DNA of 64,000 nucleotides from Salinispira sp. (GCA_965602015.1 OZ271918.1:2112001-2176000), one strand, 5' to 3'; shown: positions 9,255 through 18,339, counted from the stretch's first letter. A program made the numbers and translations. Notes: a model not told the origin generated them from the letters alone.

Positions 9255-10795
9255 CCCTGCCCTCCGGCGTCGGCAGTTCGGGAAGCCGACTGTTTACCCG
9301 ACGGGCTTGAGCCGGCCTGGGGGCGGGCGCCCATACGGGCGGCCTGCACGGGGTCGGGAAATGCCGGGGTTTCCGCATCGGCCTGGGTATCGATCTGATC
9401 CGGCCCGCCGGCTGTTTTGCCGGGCAGCGCTGCCTGTGAAGACGGCTCGGCCTGAGCTTCATCTCCTGCGGGCGGCAGATCAATGGCAATTCCTGTCTTC
9501 TCGGACAAGCTGAGGAGGGTCTCCCGGATGCTTGACTGTTCGGTTATGCCCTGTTTGAGAAAGCGGTCGAATCCGGATTTTAATCGGATTGCCGTATCGA
9601 GTTCCGGGTTGCTGCCCTGGGCGTATGCGCCGATGGTGATGAGGTCCTCGTTCTCCCGGTACAGGGACAAAAGCTCCTTCATTCGACCGGCGGCGCTGAG
9701 CATATCCGGCGGACTAATCTTGGTCGCCAGGCGGGAAACCGACTGAAGCACATCGATTGCCGGGTAGTGATTTTTCTGGGCAAGGGCCCTTGTGAGAACC
9801 AGGTGGCCGTCGAGAATTCCCCGGACATTGTCAGCTATGGGCTCATCCATGTCGTCGCCGTCGACGAGGATGGTATAAAACCCGGTAATGCTGCCCTTTT
9901 CGCCGGTTCCGCAGCGCTCAAGCAGCCTCGGGAGGGTAGAGAACACCGATGGGGGAAAACCCCGGGTCGCCGGTGACTCCCCGATTGCCAGCCCGATTTC
10001 CCGCTGGGCCCGGGCAAAACGGGTAACCGAATCGAACAGAAGCATGACGTTTTTACCCTGATCCCTGAAATACTCTGCTACGGCGGTTGCCATGTACGCG
10101 CCTTTGAGACGGGCCACAGGCGGGGTGTCGCTGGTGGAAACCAGAATTACCGACCGTTTGAGGCCTTCTTCGCCGAGGTCCTGGTCGATAAACTCCCTGA
10201 CCTCCCGCCCCCGCTCCCCAATAAGGGCGATGACATTGACGTCCGCCGAGGTATTCCGGGCTATCATTCCCAGGAGGGTGGACTTTCCGATTCCCGATCC
10301 TGAAAAAATACCCATTCTCTGCCCCATGCCCACCGGGGTAATTCCGTCGATTGCCCGTATGCCCGTTGACAGCTGATCGTTTATTGAGCGCCGGGTGAGC
10401 ACGTCGGGCGGCGGGGCCATGGCCGGGTAGGTTATTGGAGAATGAATGTCGCCCTTTCCGTCTATCGGCCGTCCCATTGAATTCAGCACGCGGCCCAGCA
10501 GTTTTTCGGAAACCGGCACTCGCAAACTGGATCCGGTGGCCACAACGGAGCAGCCGACCTCTATTCCGTGAATATCAGAAAAGGGCATGAGCTGAACGGT
10601 TTTGCCGTGAAGTCCGACGACTTCGGCGTAGATCAACCCTCCGTCGTCGGGGAGAAGGATTTCGCAGAGCTCGCCCACCACCGCCTGAGGCCCGTGACTT
10701 TCGATGAGCATTCCCCTCACCTTCTGGACGGTACCCATAAAGCGTATGGTCTCAAGCGTACTGACTTTTTCAACGTATTTGGAAAAACGCCTCAT
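9251..10795 (-). CDS. fliI: Flagellum-specific ATPase FliI with a C-terminal low-complexity tail
   Basis: Walker A GSGIGKS, GERGREV, DSVTR, ILDGHLVL, YPAIDVL. ATG at 10795 follows GGGAGG. Confidence 0.96.
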   Translation of the reverse strand: MRRFSKYVEKVSTLETIRFMGTVQKVRGMLIESHGPQAVVGELCEILLPDDGGLIYAEVVGLHGKTVQLMPFSDIHGIEVGCSVVATGSSLRVPVSEKLLGRVLNSMGRPIDGKGDIHSPITYPAMAPPPDVLTRRSINDQLSTGIRAIDGITPVGMGQRMGIFSGSGIGKSTLLGMIARNTSADVNVIALIGERGREVREFIDQDLGEEGLKRSVILVSTSDTPPVARLKGAYMATAVAEYFRDQGKNVMLLFDSVTRFARAQREIGLAIGESPATRGFPPSVFSTLPRLLERCGTGEKGSITGFYTILVDGDDMDEPIADNVRGILDGHLVLTRALAQKNHYPAIDVLQSVSRLATKISPPDMLSAAGRMKELLSLYRENEDLITIGAYAQGSNPELDTAIRLKSGFDRFLKQGITEQSSIRETLLSLSEKTGIAIDLPPAGDEAQAEPSSQAALPGKTAGGPDQIDTQADAETPAFPDPVQAARMGARPQAGSSPSGKQSASRTADAGGQG

Positions 10796-10871
10796 CTCCC
10801 CTCCCGTGGAAATCGGCACGAAGCGGATTATGCCGCCGGTAACCCGGCGGGATATGGTCCGCGCGCAGCGC

Positions 10872-11843
10872 TCATATCATGAGCTCCCCGTCCTTCGTGA
10901 GCTTTTTGGTCGCTATGGGCATGAGCTCGAGTATGGCTTCTTCTATTTCCCGCAGCTGCGAATTGATCCTGGCATCGATCTGACCGAAGTCGGTTTCGAT
11001 AATTGCGCCGCCAGGGTCTACGGAAGAATCTTCCATGACGGTCACATTGCTCACCCGCTCCATTCTGCTCATAAGTTCCTTGGTGTGCTCGGTGGTGGTT
11101 CTCAGGTCGTTGATGTTAACTCTGATGATCACATCCGCCTTGCTCTTGAGCTTGCGAAGAGCCTGAACCACATTGTTTATGACCACATTGCGCTGGTTTT
11201 CGCTGATGACCTTGATAACCTTTTTGGCGATTTGAAGCACGAGCTGCACCAGCTGGGCTTCGCTTTCTTCAATGACCTCATTGCGCCGCTCAATGGTCTT
11301 GCTGATAATCATGTGCAGCCGGTCTATTACCCGCTCGACTTCCGACCGGCCGGAATCGTAACCGCTTTCCCGGCCCTCGTCATAGCCCTTCTGGAAGGCG
11401 TCCTTCTCGGTCTGTTCGGCAGCCTTGCGGGCGTCGAACAGAATCTTCTCGGCTTCGGCCCTGGCGTCGGAGAGAATTTTTTCCGCTTCCTCGTCGGCCT
11501 TCGCCTTTTCTTCCTGGGCGGATTCGGTTTTTTTCCGGACTTCTTCAAATGCCGCGGCTTCCGCATCGGAGATTATTTTCTCGGCTTCAGCCTGGGCTTC
11601 GGATATCATCCGGGATTTTTCTTCCTCCCATTGGAGCTTGAAGGATTCGGCCTCCCGGCGCAGATCGTCGGCGGTGGGGCCATCGTACTCTTCAACTTCA
11701 TCGAGCTCGGCGAGATCCTGAATTCTCTGGGGCCGGCCGCCGGGCGCAGGCCTCAACTGAGGAAAGGGATTGTCCGGGGGAGATATTTGAACCTTATCGC
11801 CTGAAATGATGAATTCACCGTTTCGAAATACATTTTTCGCCAT
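10872..11843 (-). CDS. fliH: Flagellar assembly protein FliH
   Basis: Coiled coil with GxxxG repeats (KGYDEGRESG), then GGAIIETDFGQIDAR. Confidence 0.95.
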   Translation of the reverse strand: MAKNVFRNGEFIISGDKVQISPPDNPFPQLRPAPGGRPQRIQDLAELDEVEEYDGPTADDLRREAESFKLQWEEEKSRMISEAQAEAEKIISDAEAAAFEEVRKKTESAQEEKAKADEEAEKILSDARAEAEKILFDARKAAEQTEKDAFQKGYDEGRESGYDSGRSEVERVIDRLHMIISKTIERRNEVIEESEAQLVQLVLQIAKKVIKVISENQRNVVINNVVQALRKLKSKADVIIRVNINDLRTTTEHTKELMSRMERVSNVTVMEDSSVDPGGAIIETDFGQIDARINSQLREIEEAILELMPIATKKLTKDGELMI

Positions 11844-11886
11844 CTATCAACTCCCGCAACCACGCATCGGGGTAGGCCTGCCGGTA

Positions 11887-12933
11887 TCAGACAACCAGCT
11901 CGTCCTCGCCTGCCCGGGCGACCACGATTTCGCCCTGTTCTTCCAGCTTTCTGATTATCGACACAATCTTCTGCTGAGCCTCTTCAACATCCTTCATTCT
12001 GATGGGCCCCATGTACTCCATGTCTTCTTTCAGGAGCTGGCTTGCCCGCTTGGACATGTTTCTGAAGATCTTATCCTGTACTTCCGCATCGACGGACTTG
12101 AGGGCCTTGGCCAGTTCGGCGGTATCGACCTCGCGCATGACCTTCTGAATAGCCCGGTCATCAAGCATAACAATGTCTTCGAATACGAACATCCGTTTCT
12201 TGATTTCTTCGGCCAGTTCGGGATCCTCTTCTTCAAGGCTTTCGATAATAACCTTCTCAGTTGAACGGTCGACCAGGTTGAGAATCTCAACAATGCTTTC
12301 GACGCCCCCGGCGGAGGTGTAATCCTCGGAACTCAAGGTGGAGAGCTTCTTCTCAAGAACCCGCTCCACTTCCCGGAGTACCTCAGGCAGGGTCCGGTCC
12401 ATTGTCGCTATGCGCTTGGCCACATCAGATTGGATGTCGTGGGGCAGGCTACCCAGAATTACCGAGGCCTTGTTCGGCTCCAGGTATGCGAGAATAAGCG
12501 CAATGGTCTGGGGATGCTCCTGCTGAATGAAGTTCAGTAGATGGGTCGGATCGGTCCTTCTGATAAAATCGAAGGGGCGGACCTGGAGGCTGCTGGTGAG
12601 GCGGTTGATGATATCCACCGCCTTCTGCGAACCGAGGCTTTTCTCCAGGAGTTCCCGGGCGTAATCGATACCACCGGTGGTAATAAAATCCTGAGCCATC
12701 ATGAGTTCCTGGAACTCGGCCAAAACCATGTCCCGTTCCTCGGACTCTATGCTCTCCAGTCGGGCGATCTCGAAGGTCAGGGTTTCTATTTCGTCTTCCC
12801 TCAGATGCTTGAAGATCTCCGAAGAAATCTCGCTTCCCAGGGTCACCAGGAAAATGGCCGCTTTCTGACGGCCGTTGAGTTCCCGTTTCTGACCGCTGCG
12901 CTTGGCGCTTCCGGCCTGAGCCTGCTTAGCCAT
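11887..12933 (-). CDS. fliG: Flagellar motor switch protein FliG
   Basis: KAAIFLVTLG, EHPQTIALIL, MFVFED and RNMSKRA motifs. Confidence 0.98.
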   Translation of the reverse strand: MAKQAQAGSAKRSGQKRELNGRQKAAIFLVTLGSEISSEIFKHLREDEIETLTFEIARLESIESEERDMVLAEFQELMMAQDFITTGGIDYARELLEKSLGSQKAVDIINRLTSSLQVRPFDFIRRTDPTHLLNFIQQEHPQTIALILAYLEPNKASVILGSLPHDIQSDVAKRIATMDRTLPEVLREVERVLEKKLSTLSSEDYTSAGGVESIVEILNLVDRSTEKVIIESLEEEDPELAEEIKKRMFVFEDIVMLDDRAIQKVMREVDTAELAKALKSVDAEVQDKIFRNMSKRASQLLKEDMEYMGPIRMKDVEEAQQKIVSIIRKLEEQGEIVVARAGEDELVV

Positions 12934-12936
12934 AGA

Positions 12937-14640
12937 CTATTCCTCCATCAGCCAGGTACGGATGAGCTGAGCCACATCTTCCGGGTGTTCCCTGGCGATA
13001 TTGATCGCATTTTCCTGCATTTCCAGCCGGGCCCGTTCCTCGACGGACATTTCGACCTCCGCGCTCTCTTCCTCGGCGGATCGCAGGGCGGCCTCGCGCA
13101 TGGCCTGATGCTGACGGGCAAGTTCTTCTTCCCTGAGCCGGCGGCGGCGCTCGATTTCCCGGGTGATGAGACGGAAAACGATGAACACCACCAACAGGAA
13201 CACCAGTCCCAACAGACAGTACAACACGATCAGCTGGGTCTGCTGTCTGCGGCGAAACTCATCGTCTTCCAGGCGGTGCTCGGTGCTGCGGTCGAAGGGG
13301 ATGGTCCTGACGGTGACCGTGTCGCCCCGGTTCTGATTATAGCCCACGGCGCCCTGAATGAGTTCGGTGGCCCGGGCCAGCTGATCCTCCGTGACTTCCA
13401 CGTATTCCCTAATGATACTGCCGTCGGGATTGAGATTCACCTGGCCCCGGTCGTCATAGGTCCAGCGCCAGACGCCGTCGATGGCGACGCCGATGGATAT
13501 TCGGTCAATGGAGGGCGAACCGGTTTCCCGGGTTACCTGACGGTTGATTTCGTAGTTATTCTGGGTCTGCTGACGGTTATATGAACCGACCAGGCCTTCC
13601 AGGTCCTGATACGAAGGAGGCGTCTGCCCCTCCACCCCGGCAGGGCCTTCGGGATTAAAGCCGCTTCCCTCGTAATCTTCAGAAAACTCATTATTGGATC
13701 TCAGGACATTCAGCACCACTTCCCGTTCGGAGAACGGAGTTGCGGGGTTGTCGGGAGTCACTTCGATGGGAGTAAACTCTTCCCTCTCCATTTCCCGATT
13801 GCCGTAATCCAGATCAACCTCGATATTGAGTATTTCGATGCGTTCTTCGGTAAAAATTCCGGCCAGGGCCGTCCTGATGGCCCGGATATACTGCTGCTCA
13901 AGGTCACGTTTGAGGCGCAGTTCCCGCTGATTGATAGCCAGGCGGTCGAGATCTTCCAGGCCGTCAAAATCGTTGAGCTTGCGGCCTGACAAGTCGGTGA
14001 TGGTGATGTAATCAGAGGTAAGCCCCGGAATGGAGAACTGCACCAGCTCCTGAATACCCTCGAGCTTGCGGCGGTTTTCCGTGATATCCGAACCGGGTTT
14101 GGGAGTAATAATAACTGAAGCGGTGACCGGATCCTGGTCCTCGGCAAAAAGCGTCTTCTCGGGCATAACGATGGTGACGCTGGCATTATCCACGTCTTCA
14201 AGAGCTTCGATATGCTGAATGAGCTGATTGGTGATCGATCGCCTCAGATTGACATCGCGCTCGTAGTCGGTAATCGTCCATCGGTCCATATCGAACAGGG
14301 CCCAGGGGTCGGTGTTCGGCAACAGGCCTTCGGTGGAAATTATCGCCCGGGCTCGCAAGGCCGAACTGCGGTCCGAAACCATCATTACCCCTTCGGCGGT
14401 TACCGTATAGTCAATGCCCTCGGTGTCCAGTCGGGCGCCGATGCGCTGGCGCAGGGCTTCGTCGGTTATCGCTTGAGTGAGTATTGGCTGGCTGCTCGGC
14501 GAAGAGCTAAAAACGATGAGTAATACAAGTCCCGCCACGGCTCCGACGCCGACGGCGATAAAAATAAAGCGCTGTACAACTGACCACTTAGACCAAATGG
14601 TCTTGGCCTGGTCAAACAGCTTCTTCAACCATTCGTTCAT
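12937..14640 (-). CDS. fliF: Flagellar MS-ring protein FliF
   Basis: Two TM helices, ASV ring motif, C-terminal PEDVAQLIRTWL. ATG at 14640 follows GGGAGG. Confidence 0.96.
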   Translation of the reverse strand: MNEWLKKLFDQAKTIWSKWSVVQRFIFIAVGVGAVAGLVLLIVFSSSPSSQPILTQAITDEALRQRIGARLDTEGIDYTVTAEGVMMVSDRSSALRARAIISTEGLLPNTDPWALFDMDRWTITDYERDVNLRRSITNQLIQHIEALEDVDNASVTIVMPEKTLFAEDQDPVTASVIITPKPGSDITENRRKLEGIQELVQFSIPGLTSDYITITDLSGRKLNDFDGLEDLDRLAINQRELRLKRDLEQQYIRAIRTALAGIFTEERIEILNIEVDLDYGNREMEREEFTPIEVTPDNPATPFSEREVVLNVLRSNNEFSEDYEGSGFNPEGPAGVEGQTPPSYQDLEGLVGSYNRQQTQNNYEINRQVTRETGSPSIDRISIGVAIDGVWRWTYDDRGQVNLNPDGSIIREYVEVTEDQLARATELIQGAVGYNQNRGDTVTVRTIPFDRSTEHRLEDDEFRRRQQTQLIVLYCLLGLVFLLVVFIVFRLITREIERRRRLREEELARQHQAMREAALRSAEEESAEVEMSVEERARLEMQENAINIAREHPEDVAQLIRTWLMEE

Positions 14641-14644
14641 ATCC

Positions 14645-14812
14645 CCTCCCAAAAGAACAGAACGCGAAAGAAAGCTGCACACACCTGCGTGAGACAGGGT
14701 TTTCTAGTCCGCTGTGTGCATTCCGGCAATCCGGATCCTACCGGAGATCCGCCGAAACGCATTGTCAAAGAACCGTCTGTGCACACATACACGTATTCAT
14801 TGAGAATTTTAC
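14645..14812 (-). promoter_or_regulatory. Structured 5' leader of fliF with a boxA-like motif and alternative helices
   Basis: GTTCTTTGACAA at 14773-14762; TGTGTGCA, TGCACACA and TGTGTGCA octamers at 14787-80, 14720-13 and 14683-76; possible -10 TAAAAT near 14806-14811. Confidence 0.4.
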
Positions 14813-14864
14813 ATGCAACAACAAAAAAGTTCCAGTAAAACCCGGGGAAATCACCCCAATATCC

Positions 14865-14910
14865 AAAAAAAAAGCGCCTCGGATGAAAAGCTTGCAGTCA
14901 AACCGGGCGC
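14865..14910 (-). terminator. Putative intrinsic terminator after fliE
   Basis: GCGCCCGG...CCGAGGCGC imperfect stem with a large loop, followed by a run of 9 T. Confidence 0.5.
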
Positions 14911-14991
14911 AACACACTAATTAATGTAATTTTTTACCTCTGCGGTTCCGGCTCGGGGGACAAGCCCCTGGCCGGCGCAGCTTTGCCCGGC

Positions 14992-15330
14992 TTAACGCAG
15001 GGTCGTTATATCCTTGTATGCCTGAACCACCCGGTCCAGCACATTCTTTGTTATGCTCAGGCTCAGATTCGCCTTGGACATGGCAATGGTCACATCGTGG
15101 GCGTCCACCGAATCGGGATCTACCACAGCCTGCACCGAAAGATCGTGGGCGTACTGCTGATCGCTGTTCACCGAACTGACCGCATCGAAGAGCATCTGGC
15201 CAAAGCTCTTTTGCCCCTCGGGCAGTACCTGCTCGCCGCCGAAATGATCCGGATTGGTGGTCTTCAGATAGAACGCGTCTCCGCTCACCTGTGCCGGACT
15301 CAGCATATTTGTTGAAAATTGTATACTCAT
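14992..15330 (-). CDS. fliE: Hook-basal body protein FliE
   Basis: HDVTIAMSKANLSL..DRVVQAYKDI motif; follows flgC. Confidence 0.95.
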   Translation of the reverse strand: MSIQFSTNMLSPAQVSGDAFYLKTTNPDHFGGEQVLPEGQKSFGQMLFDAVSSVNSDQQYAHDLSVQAVVDPDSVDAHDVTIAMSKANLSLSITKNVLDRVVQAYKDITTLR

Positions 15331-15348
15331 GTTCCTCTCCCGTCTAGA

Positions 15349-15375
15349 ACATCGGCGGCCGCTTTGAGAAGTTTA
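15349..15375 (-). promoter_or_regulatory. Putative sigma28 (FliA) promoter for fliE
   Basis: TAAA-N15-GCCGATGT against consensus TAAA-N15-GCCGATAA. Confidence 0.6.
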
Positions 15376-15377
15376 GT

Positions 15378-15406
15378 AAAAAATGCGGTGCGGAAAAAAG
15401 CACCCG
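15378..15406 (-). terminator. Weak putative terminator after flgC
   Basis: GGTGC-8 nt-GCACC stem followed by GCATTTTTT. Confidence 0.35.
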
Positions 15407-15409
15407 GAA

Positions 15410-15868
15410 TTAGCGGCCGATCTCCAGGGCCTTCATAAACATGTTTTTTGCACCGTCCACCACGGCGATGTTGGCATCGTAGCTCCGGGAAGCGGAAATG
15501 AGATCGACCATTTCCTCAACAACGTTTACGTTAGGATATTCCACGTAGCCCGCCCGGGGCCCCGACTGGATCGCGTCGGGGTGAGTGGGGTCGTAGACCA
15601 AACGGAGCGGATCATCCATATCCTTTTGAATTTCAACCACTTCGACGCCGCTTCCCACCCCGTGGTCCAGGGCCTTTGGAAAGTACTGACTCTTCCAGGT
15701 GGTGCTGTCGGTCCTGGGTGAAACGATGACCCGGCTTCGGCGGTACGGGCCGCCCTCCGGGGTCCTGGTGGTCTCCACGTTGGCGATGTTATTGGCGATT
15801 ACGTCCTGTCGAAGCCGCTGGGCGGTCAGTCCGCTGGATGCGGTATTAAGAATGGAAAACATACCCAT
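15410..15868 (-). CDS. flgC: Basal-body rod protein FlgC
   Basis: ANNIANVETTRT..GGPYRR, YDPTHPDA and YPNVNVVEEM motifs. Confidence 0.97.
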   Translation of the reverse strand: MGMFSILNTASSGLTAQRLRQDVIANNIANVETTRTPEGGPYRRSRVIVSPRTDSTTWKSQYFPKALDHGVGSGVEVVEIQKDMDDPLRLVYDPTHPDAIQSGPRAGYVEYPNVNVVEEMVDLISASRSYDANIAVVDGAKNMFMKALEIGR

Positions 15869-15881
15869 GATTTACTCCGTT

Positions 15882-16298
15882 TTACTGCAGCACCAGATTC
15901 ATCTGGCGGAAGTTATGGTTAACGCTGGTCACCATCATATTGTAGGCCAGCTGCTGATTGATAAAATTGGTGGTCTCGACCTCAATGTCCACGTTATTCC
16001 CGTTATTTTTCGCCGTAGTCAGGAAGTCGGTGACCCGGCGGGGCACGACGGTCCGATAATCCACGCTCCGGTCAAAGGGCATATGCATGTCATCGGTGAG
16101 AAAGGGGCGAAAATCCGGTTCCCTTTCAGAATCAAGGGCCTTGGCAAGGCTCGTTTCAAAATTCACCACCTGGCGCTTGTAATTCGGCGTGTCGGAGTTC
16201 GCGATATTATTCGCAATGACTTCCTGGCGGTATAAATTGACGCTCATGCTCCGCTGAAGAATGTCGAGGCTTTTGCCCCAGTTGTTATTGGTAAACAT
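15882..16298 (-). CDS. flgB: Basal-body rod protein FlgB
   Basis: RQEVIANNIANSDTPNYK and NGNNVDIE motifs. Confidence 0.97.
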   Translation of the reverse strand: MFTNNNWGKSLDILQRSMSVNLYRQEVIANNIANSDTPNYKRQVVNFETSLAKALDSEREPDFRPFLTDDMHMPFDRSVDYRTVVPRRVTDFLTTAKNNGNNVDIEVETTNFINQQLAYNMMVTSVNHNFRQMNLVLQ

Positions 16299-16302
16299 CG
16301 TC

Positions 16303-16346
16303 TTCCCTCCCGAAGATCTGTTCTCTGTTATATCTTCGGAAGGGAA
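16303..16346 (-). promoter_or_regulatory. 15-bp hairpin occluding the flgB Shine-Dalgarno sequence
   Basis: TTCCCTTCCGAAGAT pairs with ATCTTCGGGAGGGAA (one G-U pair); the 3' arm contains the SD. Confidence 0.55.
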
Positions 16347-16357
16347 CGACCGGGGGT

Positions 16358-17800
16358 TTAGAGAATATAGCGGCTTAAGTCCTGATCCTGAACAATGTCT
16401 TTCAGGCGCTGATTGACATATTCCGGGGTGATAGGAATGCTCTGACCACTGAGTTCCGGCGCGGAAAACGACAACTCTTCGAGAAGCAGCTCCATGATTG
16501 TGTGAAGCCGTCTTGCGCCGATGTTCTCGGTACTGCTGTTCACTTCGGCCGCGAGCCTGCTGAGCTCCCTGATGGCTTCATCGGTGAACTCGATGTGGAC
16601 GCCCTCGGTTTTCATCAGCTCGATGTATTGAATAGTCAGGGCATTTTGGGGCTGGGTGAGGATTTTGTAGAAATCCTCGGTGCTCAGGGCCTCCAGCTCT
16701 ACCCGGATGGGAAAACGGCCCTGCAGTTCGGGAATAAGATCGCTGGGCTTGCTCATGTGAAAAGCGCCGGCCGCGATGAACAGAATGTGGCTTGTGTCCA
16801 CCACCCCGAACTTGGTATTGACCTTGCTCCCCTCCACTATTGGCAGAATATCCCGCTGGACACCTTCGCGACTCACGTCTCCGCCGCCGCGGCCCTCCTT
16901 GACGGCGATCTTGTCGATTTCATCAATGAAGATAATTCCCAAGGACTCAACGCGCTGCCGGGCCATTTCGGCGACCCTGTCGGTGTCGACCATGCGCTCC
17001 ATCTCTTCCTGAAGGAGAATTTCCCGGGCACGGGAAACGCTGGTGCGCTTTTTCTTTTTTCGGCCCCCGAAAATATTGCCTAAACCGCCGAGATTGAGAT
17101 CGATCTCTTCCATATTCTGTCCGGAGAAGATTTCGATGGCGGGCATGTTTCCCTGAGAGACGGTAATCTCGATTTCCTTGTCCTCCATCTTTCCGTCCCG
17201 AAGGCGTTGGCGGAATTTTTCCCGGGTTCCCGCCATATTGGAGTCCGAAGCTGCCGGGGCTTCACCGGCTTCCCGGTCCGAGTCCGCCGCGGGAAGTTCG
17301 CCTTGCTTGGAAGCGTCCGCTTTGCCGTGTCCGCCGAACAATCCGCCCAGGTTCGCCTTTGGCTGCTGCTTGCGGCTGCCGGGCAAAAGCAGGTCGAGAA
17401 GCTGGTCCTCAACCCGGGATTCGGCTTCGGCGCGCACTTCTTCCTGGAGCTCGGACTTCACCATGTTCACCGAAACCATCATTAGGTCTCTCACCATGGA
17501 TTCCACGTCCCGGCCCACATATCCGACCTCGGTGTATTTGGTCGCCTCGACCTTAACAAAGGGCGCGCCGGTGAGTTTGGAAAGCCTTCTGGCAATTTCC
17601 GTCTTGCCGACGCCGGTGGGACCCATCATGATGATGTTTTTCGGCGCAACCTCGTCGATTAAATCCTCGGGCAGTTTTTGGCGGCGCACCCGATTCCTCA
17701 GCGCGATGGCCACGGCCTTTTTCGCCTTTTCCTGACCGATGATGTATTTGTCCAGGGCGGAAACGATCTCTTTCGGCGTAAGGTCTTCAAGATTGGTCAT
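16358..17800 (-). CDS. hslU: ATP-dependent protease ATPase subunit HslU
   Basis: GPTGVGKTEIARR, YVGRDVES, FIDEIDK and PELQGRFP motifs. Confidence 0.98.
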   Translation of the reverse strand: MTNLEDLTPKEIVSALDKYIIGQEKAKKAVAIALRNRVRRQKLPEDLIDEVAPKNIIMMGPTGVGKTEIARRLSKLTGAPFVKVEATKYTEVGYVGRDVESMVRDLMMVSVNMVKSELQEEVRAEAESRVEDQLLDLLLPGSRKQQPKANLGGLFGGHGKADASKQGELPAADSDREAGEAPAASDSNMAGTREKFRQRLRDGKMEDKEIEITVSQGNMPAIEIFSGQNMEEIDLNLGGLGNIFGGRKKKKRTSVSRAREILLQEEMERMVDTDRVAEMARQRVESLGIIFIDEIDKIAVKEGRGGGDVSREGVQRDILPIVEGSKVNTKFGVVDTSHILFIAAGAFHMSKPSDLIPELQGRFPIRVELEALSTEDFYKILTQPQNALTIQYIELMKTEGVHIEFTDEAIRELSRLAAEVNSSTENIGARRLHTIMELLLEELSFSAPELSGQSIPITPEYVNQRLKDIVQDQDLSRYIL

Positions 17801-18339
17801 CAGCTCAGCTCCTCGACAACGATGTTCTGATTGGTGTAGATGCAGATATCCCCGGCAATCTCCAGGCTGCGCTTGGCAATCTGGGCCGCCGTGAGGTCTC
17901 CGGTTTCCAGATACGCAAGGGCGGCGGCGTAGGCGTAGTTGCCGCCGCTTCCGATGGCCAGGGCTCCGGTTTCCGGTTCAATAACGTCACCGGTGCCGGA
18001 AATCAGAAGGATCTTGTCGACGGACGCGACCAGTAACAGGGCTTCGAGCCTTCGCAGCATGCGGTCGGTTCGCCAGAGCTTGGCCAGCTCAACCGCGGCC
18101 CGGGTTACATCGCCGTTGTATTCCTTCAGGCTGGCTTCGTATTTATCAAACAGGGTAAAGGCGTCGGCGGTTGCCCCGGCGAAACCCACAAGAACCTTCC
18201 CGTCGAATATGCGCCGCACCTTGCGCGCATTGCCCTTCATAACCGCATTGCCCATGGTCACCTGACCGTCGCCGGCCATGGCGATGGCTCCGTGTTTTTT
18301 CACGGCGATAACCGTGGTGCTTCTGATTTTTTCAGCCAT
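17800..18339 (-). CDS. hslV: ATP-dependent protease subunit HslV
   Basis: [13 protein letters not shown] (short propeptide before the catalytic Thr), GDGQVT, GSGGNYA. ATG follows CAGGAG. Confidence 0.97.
   Translation of the reverse strand: MAEKIRSTTVIAVKKHGAIAMAGDGQVTMGNAVMKGNARKVRRIFDGKVLVGFAGATADAFTLFDKYEASLKEYNGDVTRAAVELAKLWRTDRMLRRLEALLLVASVDKILLISGTGDVIEPETGALAIGSGGNYAYAAALAYLETGDLTAAQIAKRSLEIAGDICIYTNQNIVVEELS

Noticed and set aside
10704..11804. 366-aa plus-strand ORF
   Set aside because: Antisense shadow of fliH; no RBS or recognisable motifs. Expected from codon bias in GC-rich DNA.
12541..13584. 347-aa plus-strand ORF
   Set aside because: Antisense shadow of fliG/fliF.
14930..14990. 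Possible c-di-GMP-I riboswitch (GGGCAAAG) after fliE
   Set aside because: Lacks the GNRA tetraloop/receptor and the second GCAAA stem; treated as a plain hairpin.
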